The notes under the pieces are model-generated. The model was not told where the DNA came from. It searched no databases and was given only the letters and a program-made list of their open reading frames with translations. 64,000 bases of DNA from the IMG/VR virus record IMGVR_UViG_3300034073_003340, positions 248,001 through 312,000 of that record. One strand, written 5' to 3'. Shown here in pieces: positions 41,906-51,649 of this stretch; positions within the stretch are counted from its first letter, which is position 1; the number at the start of each line of letters is the position of its first letter. Made by a program: the position numbers and the translations under genes.

Positions 41906-42202
41906 TTACTTCTTGATTTTGCCACCGCAGCCAATAATTCCTGCTTCTAAAGCAATGATATATGACTTCTGTTGAGCAATAGTTTCGCGCATAGCAGCGT
42001 TTTGCTCTTCCAATGGGCGACCTTTTTCCATTGAGTCCAATTTTATTTTAGCTTTTTCCAATTCAACAGTACATAGGACCGGAACAGGAACCTCTTGAGT
42101 TATGACTTCTGAGTTCTTTGGAGGAGGTGGAAGTTTGATGTCATCTTTCCCACCACAAGCGGCCAATACCATTACACTGGCCAGAATAAGATATTTCTTC
42201 AT
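41906..42202 (-). CDS. o-spanin-like lipoprotein (Rz1)
   Basis: Lipobox VLAAC, Pro-rich, VPVPVLC; overlaps the i-spanin stop. Confidence 0.75.
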   Translation of the reverse strand: MKKYLILASVMVLAACGGKDDIKLPPPPKNSEVITQEVPVPVLCTVELEKAKIKLDSMEKGRPLEEQNAAMRETIAQQKSYIIALEAGIIGCGGKIKK

Positions 42203-42735
42203 TGTGCTGCCTTCTTCCATTCGCCTATGAACTCATCGTTGGTTCGTTCTTCTCTTTCAATCCTTTCTTCAGGTGCGCCCGAAGAAGGGTTGATTCTTCC
42301 AAATTGTTCGGCTAGCTCGTTATAACGTTGCTGATCCTTTTTAGCCGCCACACCAGCAGCTTGCGCTCGGGCTAGGGCATTGTCAGCAACACGCTTTAGG
42401 CGAGCAACTGCTTCGTTGCTTCTGTTGATAGAGGCAACATGGTTTTGCTTTTCAACCTTGAGAGCAGTAACATATTCTTTTAGAACTCGATCTTGCCCTT
42501 TGATGAATAGAACTTTCTCCTCAACGATCTGTTGAGTCTCAACCAGTTCCTTCTTTGTGTTGAATCCATACCATGCGGCGCCGATCAGGGCAAGTGATAG
42601 GACGATTGTTAGAAACTGAAAGGGCTTTGCCATAGCAAAGCTGGCAACACCCTTGATAAAATCCCATACCCAGCCTAGTAACATTTTACCGAAACCAAAG
42701 CCTTTGAGTAGGAAACTTAGAGCCAAACCTAGCAT
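42199..42735 (-). CDS. i-spanin-like protein (Rz)
   Basis: N-terminal TM followed by coiled coil; TAAATA late motif upstream. Confidence 0.7.
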   Translation of the reverse strand: MLGLALSFLLKGFGFGKMLLGWVWDFIKGVASFAMAKPFQFLTIVLSLALIGAAWYGFNTKKELVETQQIVEEKVLFIKGQDRVLKEYVTALKVEKQNHVASINRSNEAVARLKRVADNALARAQAAGVAAKKDQQRYNELAEQFGRINPSSGAPEERIEREERTNDEFIGEWKKAAQ

Positions 42736-42825
42736 GGCTATCTCCTAAAAGAAGTTCATTGTGACTTCTTATTTAGCCATGGAAATGGCGGGGATTTCCC
42801 CGCCATTTCTGTAGATGGGAAGTGA

Positions 42826-43248
42826 TTAACGGGCCAGAACCATCATCTGACCGCCGTCCTCCGATGCCCAATAGATCGACTGATTGTTGAAGCTGATGGG
42901 GTTGAGATAGCGGCTAATGAAACCACGCGAAGGGTCTACGACCGTGCCACGCTCACCCAGATTATCAGCCAGCGCAGTCGCATGGGAGATTGCGTCAACG
43001 AGATTTTCGAAAACAAACGACGGATTCTGCCAGGGGGTTTTATTATCAGTCGTCTTATAGAGAAAAGTATCAGCGGCACACATGATATGACCACCGGCAA
43101 TACCCTCAACCAGGATACGCCATCCAACGGCAACTTCATGCTTTCCGGTCTTGATGACCTTGACCGTGCTGCCGAAACGAAGTTCAGTAACATTCGCAGC
43201 ATACTTGGCGATAAAGGCCTGGCTGACTGCGTCGATCTGGTTGGTCAT
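42826..43248 (-). CDS. Hypothetical protein
   Basis: Early promoter, AGGAGA RBS, terminator. Confidence 0.65.
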   Translation of the reverse strand: MTNQIDAVSQAFIAKYAANVTELRFGSTVKVIKTGKHEVAVGWRILVEGIAGGHIMCAADTFLYKTTDNKTPWQNPSFVFENLVDAISHATALADNLGERGTVVDPSRGFISRYLNPISFNNQSIYWASEDGGQMMVLAR

Positions 43249-43314
43249 AAAATGTCTCCTTGTTTGCTGTCTACTCACCTGTTTTAACAGAAATAGGTGA
43301 GTAGTCAACCAGAA

Positions 43315-43905
43315 TTATCCAAGAAGTGACCTAAAAGTCAAAGAGATTCTCGACTTCGACTGAAAGCCAGCCTTGGGAATCCTGTGCTGATGCGTGGACT
43401 GAAACCCGGCGGGCATCAAGCAAAGCGATCCCTGTTCCAAAGGCTGATCAACAACCGGACCATAGGTCATCTTGCCGTCGACTTCACCTAGTTTTTCGCG
43501 GAACTGAATGCTCCTCGGTTTGCTGGATCCTTCGCCACCATACAGCGTAACAATTGCGATGGGCTTGGTATGATCGATGCCGGGGTCGTCATCTTCATGC
43601 CAACCCAACCAGTCATGAGCACCCTCATATCCGTTGAGGAAACATCCCTCAAAGTCCACAAGCACCGCAGCATGGTTCATGAGAGCCAAGGTACATTCAT
43701 CAATCACATTGTGGGAATCCTGGCTGTGATAGGTCCGGAGACCTGCACCGCGACCATAGGAATAGTCCCGACCAAAGATGTTGGTCCAGTATTCCCTCCG
43801 GGGAGCATCGCTGCGCCGTTCCCAGTTGAGCCCATTCCAGAGCTCATTGAACATCTCGGCCGCTCGTTCGACGCTGACGAAATTAGGAATGTAGATTGCG
43901 CTCAT
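43315..43905 (-). CDS. alkB: AlkB-like 2OG-Fe(II) dioxygenase (ALKBH2/3-type)
   Basis: CFLNGY, LGWHEDD, HQHRIPK, RISLTFR. Confidence 0.9.
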   Translation of the reverse strand: MSAIYIPNFVSVERAAEMFNELWNGLNWERRSDAPRREYWTNIFGRDYSYGRGAGLRTYHSQDSHNVIDECTLALMNHAAVLVDFEGCFLNGYEGAHDWLGWHEDDDPGIDHTKPIAIVTLYGGEGSSKPRSIQFREKLGEVDGKMTYGPVVDQPLEQGSLCLMPAGFQSTHQHRIPKAGFQSKSRISLTFRSLLG

Positions 43906-43965
43906 GTCGATCTCCTTTCAAACTGGAGATAACATGAAATAGAATGGTGTCAACCATCAATGTTT

Positions 43966-44006
43966 TGGTAGGCCCACCGGGAATCGAACCCGGACCATCC
44001 GCTGAT
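43966..44006 (-). pseudogene. 3' half of an interrupted tRNA (Ile-like ends)
   Basis: CCGGG-TTCGATT-CCCGG T arm then TGGGCCT-A-CCA. Confidence 0.75.
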
Positions 44007-44099
44007 TGGTGGAAGTGCCCGGACTTGAACCGGGATCGTCGCCTAATCTGGGCTTTCGCGAGGTATAAGCTCACCCGCTCTACCTTGAGCTACACTTCC
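44007..44099 (-). tRNA. tRNA-Ile(UAU) with long variable arm
   Basis: GGAAGTG/CACTTCC-ACCA; GTGAG-CTTATAC-CTCGC; GCC/GGC variable stem; 93 nt. Confidence 0.8.
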
Positions 44100-44102
44100 A
44101 TT

Positions 44103-44810
44103 TTAAAGTATCTTTTGTATTTCAGACCAACAGAGTTGATCTTTTGATAACATCAAAACCTTAATACTATTTTGATTTGAAACTAGTTCAATCTTTCTAC
44201 GGTCTTTTCTCATCAAGTATGGATTTTTAGGATCTAAGTAGATCCTATAGTCCGGTAAAAAGAAGTCTGGTATATACCGTCTAGTTTGACCTTGATCATC
44301 AATGTAAGAGATAGATGAAGGTCGTATCCACTTGATCTGATGCTTATCTAAATCTTTGGCAAGAATAAGTTCGTACGAGCTGTCAAGTAAAATACCGTTG
44401 TATATAGTCCTCTTTGAGTAGAATGGTTTCTTCAATAATCTGTCTACCATCAACTTAGATAATTTGTCTTTAGTCTTTAGACTGTGTGTTTTAGGATCAT
44501 TCTTCTGATAGAATAGGGTCAATGATTCATGTTTAGTTCTAGTCTTTAAACCACTTCTCAGAAGAGTCGCAGTAGTCACGTTCAACTTTTTCGCTACTTC
44601 TCGAATTGTGAAACCGGAATCATATAGTTTTTGGGCTTCTTCTTGATCCAAAATAGAAACACCAATGGGCCAGTATATTGCTCCTCTGGCTTCAGCTTTG
44701 GTAATTGCCATTGGAGAGAATCCAAAGTTCTTTGCTACCTCAACTCTCAGGACTTGAGGATTCGAATCTATAAAATTTTGGATTTTAACCCAATCAATAC
44801 GCTTAGTCAT
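44103..44810 (-). CDS. Putative homing endonuclease (HTH + PD-(D/E)XK, TnsA-like)
   Basis: SGFTIREVAKKLNV HTH; LDSSYE, YIPDFFLP..IYLDPK; AT-rich relative to flanks. Confidence 0.8.
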   Translation of the reverse strand: MTKRIDWVKIQNFIDSNPQVLRVEVAKNFGFSPMAITKAEARGAIYWPIGVSILDQEEAQKLYDSGFTIREVAKKLNVTTATLLRSGLKTRTKHESLTLFYQKNDPKTHSLKTKDKLSKLMVDRLLKKPFYSKRTIYNGILLDSSYELILAKDLDKHQIKWIRPSSISYIDDQGQTRRYIPDFFLPDYRIYLDPKNPYLMRKDRRKIELVSNQNSIKVLMLSKDQLCWSEIQKIL

Positions 44811-44836
44811 AAATGCTGGTCTTGGTATTCATCCCA

Positions 44837-44868
44837 AGACCCCTGTTCTACCATTAAACTATAGGCCC
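44837..44868 (-). pseudogene. 5' half of an interrupted tRNA
   Basis: GGGCCTA-TA-GTTT-AATGGTA-GAAC-A-GGGGTCT; acceptor strand pairs with 43970-43976. Confidence 0.7.
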
Positions 44869-45257
44869 ATGTGTTAGAATATATACGAAGCCTGGGTGGC
44901 TATCTCATACCAAAGTGGCTTGAGTTCATCAATGATGATATTAACTTGGTATTGGCAAACTTCGTCAGGTATATTCTGCATCATAGCATCTCTTAATTCC
45001 TCGGCCATTAATTCCAAGGCTCTGAATGGATACTTTTTCTCAACCCAAAGCGGCATAACATGACAGACCAAACCGACAACAATAGCGTCGAGAGCTTGAT
45101 CTGGCGTGAGAAGCTCACGCCTTATAGAAGCGGGAGGAGCCTTGGGTTCAGGCAAGCGAAAGTCTAGAATTTTTGCCACACTTTATTTAGCGGGCTATAA
45201 CTCTAGAGAGGACTTTAGCCTCGTATGCTCTCGCGCATTTGACTTCCTTACAAAACT

Positions 45258-45333
45258 TGGTGGCCCATATGGGACTCGAACCCACAACCGACAGATTTTA
45301 GAGATCCCTGCTCTACCATTGAGCTAAAAGGCC
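45258..45333 (-). tRNA. Amber suppressor tRNA (CUA)
   Basis: 76-nt cloverleaf; loop CT-CTA-AA; CCA encoded; one mismatch each in the acceptor and anticodon stems. Confidence 0.8.
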
Positions 45334-45378
45334 ATGCTCTCTTTATGGAGTCGCATGGCCCTTTTGTCAACCTAAGAT

Positions 45379-46140
45379 TTATTCCATACCGGCTGGAGTC
45401 TGTGGACGCCAGTCATCCCAACCATCGGGAGTTGTGTAGCCAATTCGCTGTAGATAGGCTTCAGTGTCTGCTACACTCGTGAAGGATTCAATCTCTTCCG
45501 AGGACAGAGCGACGTAAAACTTACCAAGCTCGTAGTGGACCTGGGCAGGCGCATACATGGGATCACCCTGGTAGATTGCCGCATAACCTTGGTCCGCTTC
45601 AACTTCCCAATCGGGGACGACGCTTCCAAACAATTTGATGTTTTCCTCGGACTCATTCACCAGGTCAACGTATTTGGTGCCAGGCTTGGCCTTTAGAAGC
45701 TTCTTGTGCCTTGCCTTGATTGCGTTGAGTGCTGCGGCCATAGTTGGCTGAGTTGGCAGTTGAAACTTGTGATAGTTGCTGGCATACCAAGTTGGAATGA
45801 AGCCACCGTTTTCAGAAGCTCTGACTTCGCCCTTGCAGACGTTATCAAGTTTGTCCTTGTTGGCTAGATAGTAGAGACCAGCAGTCTTGCGTCCAGGATA
45901 GATGCGAGCTTCGTAGTCGCCGGACTTCTTGACTAGAGTCTGCTTGCTTTTGGGAACAGGCTTGGGCGCTGGCTTTGGTGCCTGGTTGGTTTGGGCCGCC
46001 TTCCTTGGCTTAGCCTGCCAACCACACTGTCCACAATATTCATTGTCATTGGCAATGACTTCGCTTTCCTTGCCAAGATAATCGCCACACTCAGGGCAAT
46101 TGTAATCAGTGGCTTCAGTTACGATTTCTTTCCAGCGCAT
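45379..46140 (-). CDS. Putative virion internal protein with Zn-ribbon
   Basis: MRWKEIVTEA leader, CPECG/CGQCG, TAAATA upstream. Confidence 0.55.
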   Translation of the reverse strand: MRWKEIVTEATDYNCPECGDYLGKESEVIANDNEYCGQCGWQAKPRKAAQTNQAPKPAPKPVPKSKQTLVKKSGDYEARIYPGRKTAGLYYLANKDKLDNVCKGEVRASENGGFIPTWYASNYHKFQLPTQPTMAAALNAIKARHKKLLKAKPGTKYVDLVNESEENIKLFGSVVPDWEVEADQGYAAIYQGDPMYAPAQVHYELGKFYVALSSEEIESFTSVADTEAYLQRIGYTTPDGWDDWRPQTPAGME

Positions 46141-46166
46141 ATCAGATCTCCTTGGAGTTCCGATAT

Positions 46167-46700
46167 TTAGCGATTATACCCACCGCGATTGATTTCAACC
46201 AGCTTGGGGAAAAGCATCAGCTTTTCTGTGTAGTAGGTCTTGACAATCTGGAGGAGTTCTCCCCCGAGACCCAAGTAGTCATCCACGTATTCAATCATCA
46301 ACCGATTGGGAAACATCGCAGGACGATGAGCCTTCATCCAGTCAAAGGCAGACTGTGGATCCATACCGTTCTGAATCAGGATACCAATACCCACGGCCGT
46401 ACTGCGGCTCTTACCAGCAGTACAATGAACCAACAGCTTGCCATTCTCAGGAACCATTGCGGCAACTTCTAGTATACTCCTGATATCCCGGCGTGTGGGC
46501 ACGACGTATTCGGTCGCAGCATCGTTTTCCACATCATGAAAGCTGAAGATATAGTGATCGCTATGTTGGCGATCAATTACCGTTGCGCCAAAGTCGCCGC
46601 CTGCCTCGTTGACAATGCTGATAATATGGGTGGGCCAGTCCTCGGCGATGAGGTGCTTGGCTTTGTGAATTCCATCAACTTTAAGTTCCATCTGTCCCAC
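46167..46700 (-). CDS. Protein-tyrosine/dual-specificity phosphatase-like protein
   Basis: FHDV, LLVHCTAGKSRSTA (CX5R), RPAMFPN. Confidence 0.88.
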   Translation of the reverse strand: MGQMELKVDGIHKAKHLIAEDWPTHIISIVNEAGGDFGATVIDRQHSDHYIFSFHDVENDAATEYVVPTRRDIRSILEVAAMVPENGKLLVHCTAGKSRSTAVGIGILIQNGMDPQSAFDWMKAHRPAMFPNRLMIEYVDDYLGLGGELLQIVKTYYTEKLMLFPKLVEINRGGYNR

Positions 46701-46708
46701 CCTTATCC

Positions 46709-47077
46709 TTATTCAACCGGAGTAATCAGACAAACCAGCTTTTCATCAACCAGTGCCTGATAAGCAATGTCCCAATCCTGGCCCGACTTTTCCCAAGCAA
46801 AATCCATGAGATCCTTGCGAATCACAATTGGAGGACTCTTCACTGTTGAAAGAACGTAGAATTCCTGTCCGGTGTTCCAACGAATTTCACATCCAAACAG
46901 TGTTACCCTAACGGTCTGGCGACCAATCGTTAGAGGAGCAATTCTACCATCTAGCTGACCAAGGCTAGCAGAGAAGATTTTTACATGCGAGGGAGGCGTG
47001 ACCTGTGCCATTGCCGGGGTTGCGAAAGTCGCAGTCAGCGCAACCAGAGCGCTGAGAATCATTTTGATCATATTCAA
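46709..47077 (-). CDS. Hypothetical secreted protein
   Basis: Signal peptide ending ATPAMA. Confidence 0.55.
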   Translation of the reverse strand: MNMIKMILSALVALTATFATPAMAQVTPPSHVKIFSASLGQLDGRIAPLTIGRQTVRVTLFGCEIRWNTGQEFYVLSTVKSPPIVIRKDLMDFAWEKSGQDWDIAYQALVDEKLVCLITPVE

Positions 47078-47189
47078 TTCTCCAGGCAGGCGCCCTAATG
47101 CGCTTTGTGCCTGTTATCACTATATAGTAAACAGGTGATCAAATCCTATATTGAAGTCAAAGAAAAAGCCGTCACTAAGGACGGCTTTT

Positions 47190-47278
47190 TGGCGGAGCGT
47201 CTGGGATTCGAACCCAGGGAGGTTTTACCCTCGTCAGTTTTCAAGACTGGTGCAATAATCCATCTCTGCCAACGCTCC
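47190..47278 (-). tRNA. tRNA-Ser(UGA)
   Basis: GGAGCGT/ACGCTCC-GCCA; CT-TGA-AA loop; long variable arm. Confidence 0.92.
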
Positions 47279-47734
47279 AATACATTCTATTTAGCACTGG
47301 CTATCAACAATGTCAATACCCAATGTAGTTAAAATCTTCAATCAGAATCATCTTTTTGGTATCAAGAATACTGATAGCTTCCTTGATAGAATCAGCACGT
47401 TGACCATTGAGTCCGAGATCATGCTTTTCAATGACCTCATTCATGGCTTCACAATAGTCATTGTTTTCCTTATAGAGATCCTCGACCTCATCCATTTGGA
47501 CCTGGTCGAGGATCCAGTAGGTGAGATCTTCGCCACACCCACTGGCCTCCACTGCGATATATCCAGCTTGGTAGCCGGCAGGGATCGTAACCATTAGAAA
47601 ATAATGGCTCCAGCGACAAAAGCAATAGCTGCTGTTGCCACTGGGTGCTGCGAAATCCAAAGCTGAACTCGGTCCATGGTAATCTCCTTCCCAACCTACA
47701 TAGCTGGGAAGGAGACTAGTGTCAATATTTTGCC

Positions 47735-48157
47735 TTACTTGCGGGCAGCAATAACGGAGTGCTTGACCAAGTCAGTGAAGCTGACTTCCTTGCCGCTGCC
47801 AATTTCGATGAAGCGGTAGGGATACTTTGCGCGCCGGTGAGTGTTGAAGCCGATCAGCTTGTATTGCTTGCCCCTCGAGGTAATGATCGCGCCGAAGTCC
47901 CCGGGTTCCAGATCATAATACTTGGCAAAGTCGTTGAAGCTTTCACGCTGCTTGGCTTCGATGCCTTCCTCACCGCCGACCACAAAGCGGATCTTCAGTT
48001 CCATGGTCTTGCCATCGCGGAACAGTCCCCACTTGCCTTCCTGCTTGACGCCGAGGCCGAGAGTAGCAGCATATTCAGCCAGCTTTTCCAGGGCACCATC
48101 GACCACCTCTGCGCCGTTCTTGAACGTAAGGTGGGTAATATGCGTTTCCTTGGGCAT
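47735..48157 (-). CDS. Hypothetical phage protein
   Basis: Early promoter, AGGAGA RBS. Confidence 0.7.
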   Translation of the reverse strand: MPKETHITHLTFKNGAEVVDGALEKLAEYAATLGLGVKQEGKWGLFRDGKTMELKIRFVVGGEEGIEAKQRESFNDFAKYYDLEPGDFGAIITSRGKQYKLIGFNTHRRAKYPYRFIEIGSGKEVSFTDLVKHSVIAARK

Positions 48158-48204
48158 GTTTCGATCTCCTGTTTGCGTTTCCGATAAACAGGTGATAGCA
48201 GATT

Positions 48205-48729
48205 TTAGGAGTGAGTCAACCTGTTTTTCCTGATTGTCATCAAAGCCGCCTGATAAATGGTTTGCTTATATACATCAAGGCGATCCTTGATGGCGTCAGG
48301 GCTTATGACTACCGGGTTCAGACATTCATCGTTTTCAACGTATGGCGTACAACGCATTACATCTGCGACATAAAATTGCTGATAGGAAACGGGCCAAGGA
48401 TATGAATACAGTTCCGGGCGGTTACCTTCACAGGTTTGTTCCAAGTAACCCACCGCTCTGATATGACTTACCCAGCAGCCAGTTTCTTCAAAGCATTCAC
48501 GATGCGCTGCGGCACATGACGTCTCCCCTAGATTGATATGACCACCAGGAAACTCCAGTCCGCGCCGACGATTGTTGGCCATTACCAAGCTGCCATCGGC
48601 CAACAAAGGAACCATAAAGGCAGTGCTAGTTGACTCCGCCGGAGATAGATCATCGTCTAGATAAAATATTACCTTGTTGGGCTTTGACAAGTAACTGATG
48701 TCGTCAATCTGATAGGTCTTTTGCTTCAT
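48205..48729 (-). CDS. Nudix hydrolase (YtkD-like)
   Basis: RRGLEFPGGHINLGETSCAAAHRECFEETG Nudix box. Confidence 0.92.
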   Translation of the reverse strand: MKQKTYQIDDISYLSKPNKVIFYLDDDLSPAESTSTAFMVPLLADGSLVMANNRRRGLEFPGGHINLGETSCAAAHRECFEETGCWVSHIRAVGYLEQTCEGNRPELYSYPWPVSYQQFYVADVMRCTPYVENDECLNPVVISPDAIKDRLDVYKQTIYQAALMTIRKNRLTHS

Positions 48730-48739
48730 ACCAGATAGC

Positions 48740-49093
48740 TTACACGTTTTTGGTGTATCCGTCTAGTTCATACTCAATCGCGGTTAGTTTTTCGTTTACG
48801 CGGCGTTGTAGATCCAGAAGGTCACGCTGGGTGGTGCGGATCTCTCGGAGCATCTGGTGTAGCTCAGTAGTATCACGATTTTGGGTATTTTGTAGGAGGA
48901 AAACCATCAGAAAGGTGGCAATGGTGGTGCCTGTATTGACAATAAGCTGCCATGTTTGACTGAAGCCAGCGAATGGGCCCCAGATGGCCCATACTAGAAT
49001 AGCAGAGAAAGCCAGAGTGAATGCTATTGGTTTGCCTAAACTATCTGCAATCCATTCGGAAACGTGATCAAATTTCTTGCTTAGATAGGCCAT
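48740..49093 (-). CDS. Low-affinity iron permease (Fet4) family membrane protein
   Basis: GPFAGFSQTWQLIVNTGTTIATFLMVFLLQNTQNRD. Confidence 0.88.
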   Translation of the reverse strand: MAYLSKKFDHVSEWIADSLGKPIAFTLAFSAILVWAIWGPFAGFSQTWQLIVNTGTTIATFLMVFLLQNTQNRDTTELHQMLREIRTTQRDLLDLQRRVNEKLTAIEYELDGYTKNV

Positions 49094-49967
49094 GTTGTCA
49101 CTCCCGCGACTATTCTGGTGTCATAGGACTCCTGATGGTTGATGAAAAAACTAAGGGAAACCCTCGGATTATTTAGTGAAACTACTTGAATTCGTTCAGT
49201 AGTGGTGTGGCTCTTCTTCAAGAGCCTGCATCTCTGACATGCGATCAAGCAGAACATTACCTGCGTTATCGACGACCTTGCCAACATGATCACCGTAGAC
49301 GTTGAAAAGGTCCTCGGCAAAGGTTTCCGCTGAGGGAAAAGGTTCACCTGCCTTACGCCAACCACGATCCATGACACTGTCATAGGTGGGAAAGTGCTGC
49401 TCCTCGACCATTCGGGTTTCATGGTTCCAATATGTTACGTGGAAACCATTGAAGGTCAGCTTGGCCAAAACTTCTACCTGTTTAGTCACGCTCCAGAATC
49501 CTTAGATTCTGTAAGACTTCTACTGATGAACACCTTTCACCGACCGCATTGGGATCGTTTGTGGCAAAAAAGAATCCAGCCCGATCGTTTTCAACAATCG
49601 TTATATTGCCTGTCTTCAAAGCGTTGCTAATGATGTCACCGTCAGCTTCATCACATTTGATGCCAAGACTTACACTTTGGCCGTAAGTCTGTAGATCCCC
49701 ATTATCATGCAGATAGATAAAGCCCGCAGATGCCACATTGTTGGGATTGCCAACAAAGCTTACCAGGACCGAATGCTCAACTCCAGCATACTTACTGATA
49801 AAAGCAAATACCCCGTTGTTGAGCATAACATACTTGGTGTAGCTCAAGGACGTTTCTCCCTAATCCATGTTTCACAGGAACGGCACTGACGTTGGTAGTG
49901 CCTGGGTGTTACAGCAAGGCAGTTGGTGTTGTGCCAGCCTAGCCAGCACAACACCTTCTGAACCAGT

Positions 49968-50660
49968 TTACGCATAGTAAAAGCTACCAGCGTAGTTCTG
50001 ACCACCAGTGCGGATTGCGAGGATCGATGCCAGCCCGATCGAGCGCACGATGACCTGGTTCTCGGCCTTCAGACCGCCCTGGATCTGCGCACCTTCCTTG
50101 AGGACCGGCTTTTCATATCCCACGATGTCGGCTTCGTCGATGGGCTGGCCATCCAGGAAAAACTCGGTCTTGCCAGCGCGGAGGAAAATGGTGTCCAGGT
50201 AAAAGTTGGGGTGGACTTCTCCGGCCTTGACGTGCCGGATGATCGGGGTGTTGGGAATACGTTCGCCCCACTTGCGGGCCTGAACTTCAAAGCGCTCTTC
50301 AGCAGCATCCTTGCGCTCGGCTTCACCGGCGACCAGCGCAGCTTCGATCTTCGCCGACAGTTCATCGAGCTCTGCGGGAGTCAGGAGGTCGACCAGCAGA
50401 CCCTTGCCTTCTTCAGCCTTGTTGGCTGCGTCGGCCAGCAGCTCGCCTGCGATGCGGTTGCGAACCATATTCTGGTAGGTGTTGGTGTTCTTGTTCTGTG
50501 CGACCAGCACCGTCGAACCAGTAACCCGCTTGGTCACGCGACCCTGCATTTCGTTCTTCTTGCCGCCCTTGAGCGGAACGACCGTTTCCATATCGAGGCC
50601 GATGAACGAAACGCCGCGGAGTGCGGCCAGGACCGTTGCTACGTTGTGAATCTGTGCCAT
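49968..50660 (-). CDS. Conserved hypothetical phage protein
   Basis: Early promoter, RBS, strong GC3 bias. Confidence 0.7.
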   Translation of the reverse strand: MAQIHNVATVLAALRGVSFIGLDMETVVPLKGGKKNEMQGRVTKRVTGSTVLVAQNKNTNTYQNMVRNRIAGELLADAANKAEEGKGLLVDLLTPAELDELSAKIEAALVAGEAERKDAAEERFEVQARKWGERIPNTPIIRHVKAGEVHPNFYLDTIFLRAGKTEFFLDGQPIDEADIVGYEKPVLKEGAQIQGGLKAENQVIVRSIGLASILAIRTGGQNYAGSFYYA

Positions 50661-50833
50661 GTTGTCGATCTCCTTTGTGTTGCCTATGCTCTCTTTCTAT
50701 ACAAAATAGGTGAGCAGTCAACCAGAAATTTGAAAAATTTGAATCAGTGGTTGCGACAAAGTATCACATCATCAAGATGGCGTGTCAACCATTCATGGCG
50801 GGACCCCGGCCACAAGAGACCAGGGTCCAAAAA

Positions 50834-51553
50834 TTACTTGGTTACGATGAAATCGAAAACGTGATCTTCACCGGCAAAATTAACAGTGACCGAGATATTC
50901 TCAGGATACTTGGTCTTTTTGATCTTGTTGAGAACCACCCGACCGCCGTAGGTTCCATCCGGATCCACGGTGGTGGTTTGGAGGATCTCATCATTGAGAT
51001 TGTCGAGTGTTTGCTGGAGCCGATACTGACTCAGAGCAATACCACCAGCCCCGGCTGCGATAGCTGCTACCTGTCCGCCACTGAGACCGGGATTCTGAAT
51101 CCGTGTGGTATAAATGCCACCGCGAGGGGTTTGAGTAGTGATGATAGTGTTGTTGTTCTGTGCTGCTGCCGCAACCCCTGCCAGCATCGCTATGCCGATC
51201 TGTGACCACATCGCTCGGTTTTTGGCTTTGCTTTCCAGTTCATCCTTGGTAAAGCAAGCGATCCGTTCTGCACCGCGAGTCATGAAAACATTCTCGACGC
51301 CGAAGTTGGTGGACTCAGTTCCTTTGTTGAATGCGACCACCATGAACTGGAGACTGCCATGATCCAGAGAAGGAATGGGCATAATGCGAACAGCGCCGTT
51401 GGTCATGTCATCCTCGATAGTCGGATCGCCCTTCTCATACCGAACGGTCTGTCCTTCACGTGGAACAGGTTTGATGCTGATTGGCTTTGCCAAGGCCGGC
51501 ACTGAAATACACATGGCAGCAGCTAGTGCCACGCTGATAAAGCTCTTGAACAT
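50834..51553 (-). CDS. Hypothetical secreted protein
   Basis: Signal peptide VPALA; AGGAGA RBS. Confidence 0.65.
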   Translation of the reverse strand: MFKSFISVALAAAMCISVPALAKPISIKPVPREGQTVRYEKGDPTIEDDMTNGAVRIMPIPSLDHGSLQFMVVAFNKGTESTNFGVENVFMTRGAERIACFTKDELESKAKNRAMWSQIGIAMLAGVAAAAQNNNTIITTQTPRGGIYTTRIQNPGLSGGQVAAIAAGAGGIALSQYRLQQTLDNLNDEILQTTTVDPDGTYGGRVVLNKIKKTKYPENISVTVNFAGEDHVFDFIVTK

Positions 51554-51649
51554 TTCGATCTCCTTTTTAAGATAATCAAACGTAACAAAGGCTTAGAGGA
51601 TGTCAAGTTCAGATGTGGAGAACCCCCAGCCGTTTCCGACCGGGGGTTC

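Noticed and set aside
43966-44868. Group I intron or tmRNA explanation for the split tRNA
   Set aside because: Almost all the insert is ORF plus a complete tRNA, leaving no room for a ribozyme core; no tag-peptide frame is evident and the 5' part has a normal D arm
45190-45257. Theta ribozyme after the suppressor tRNA
   Set aside because: Could not fit the HDV-like nested double pseudoknot
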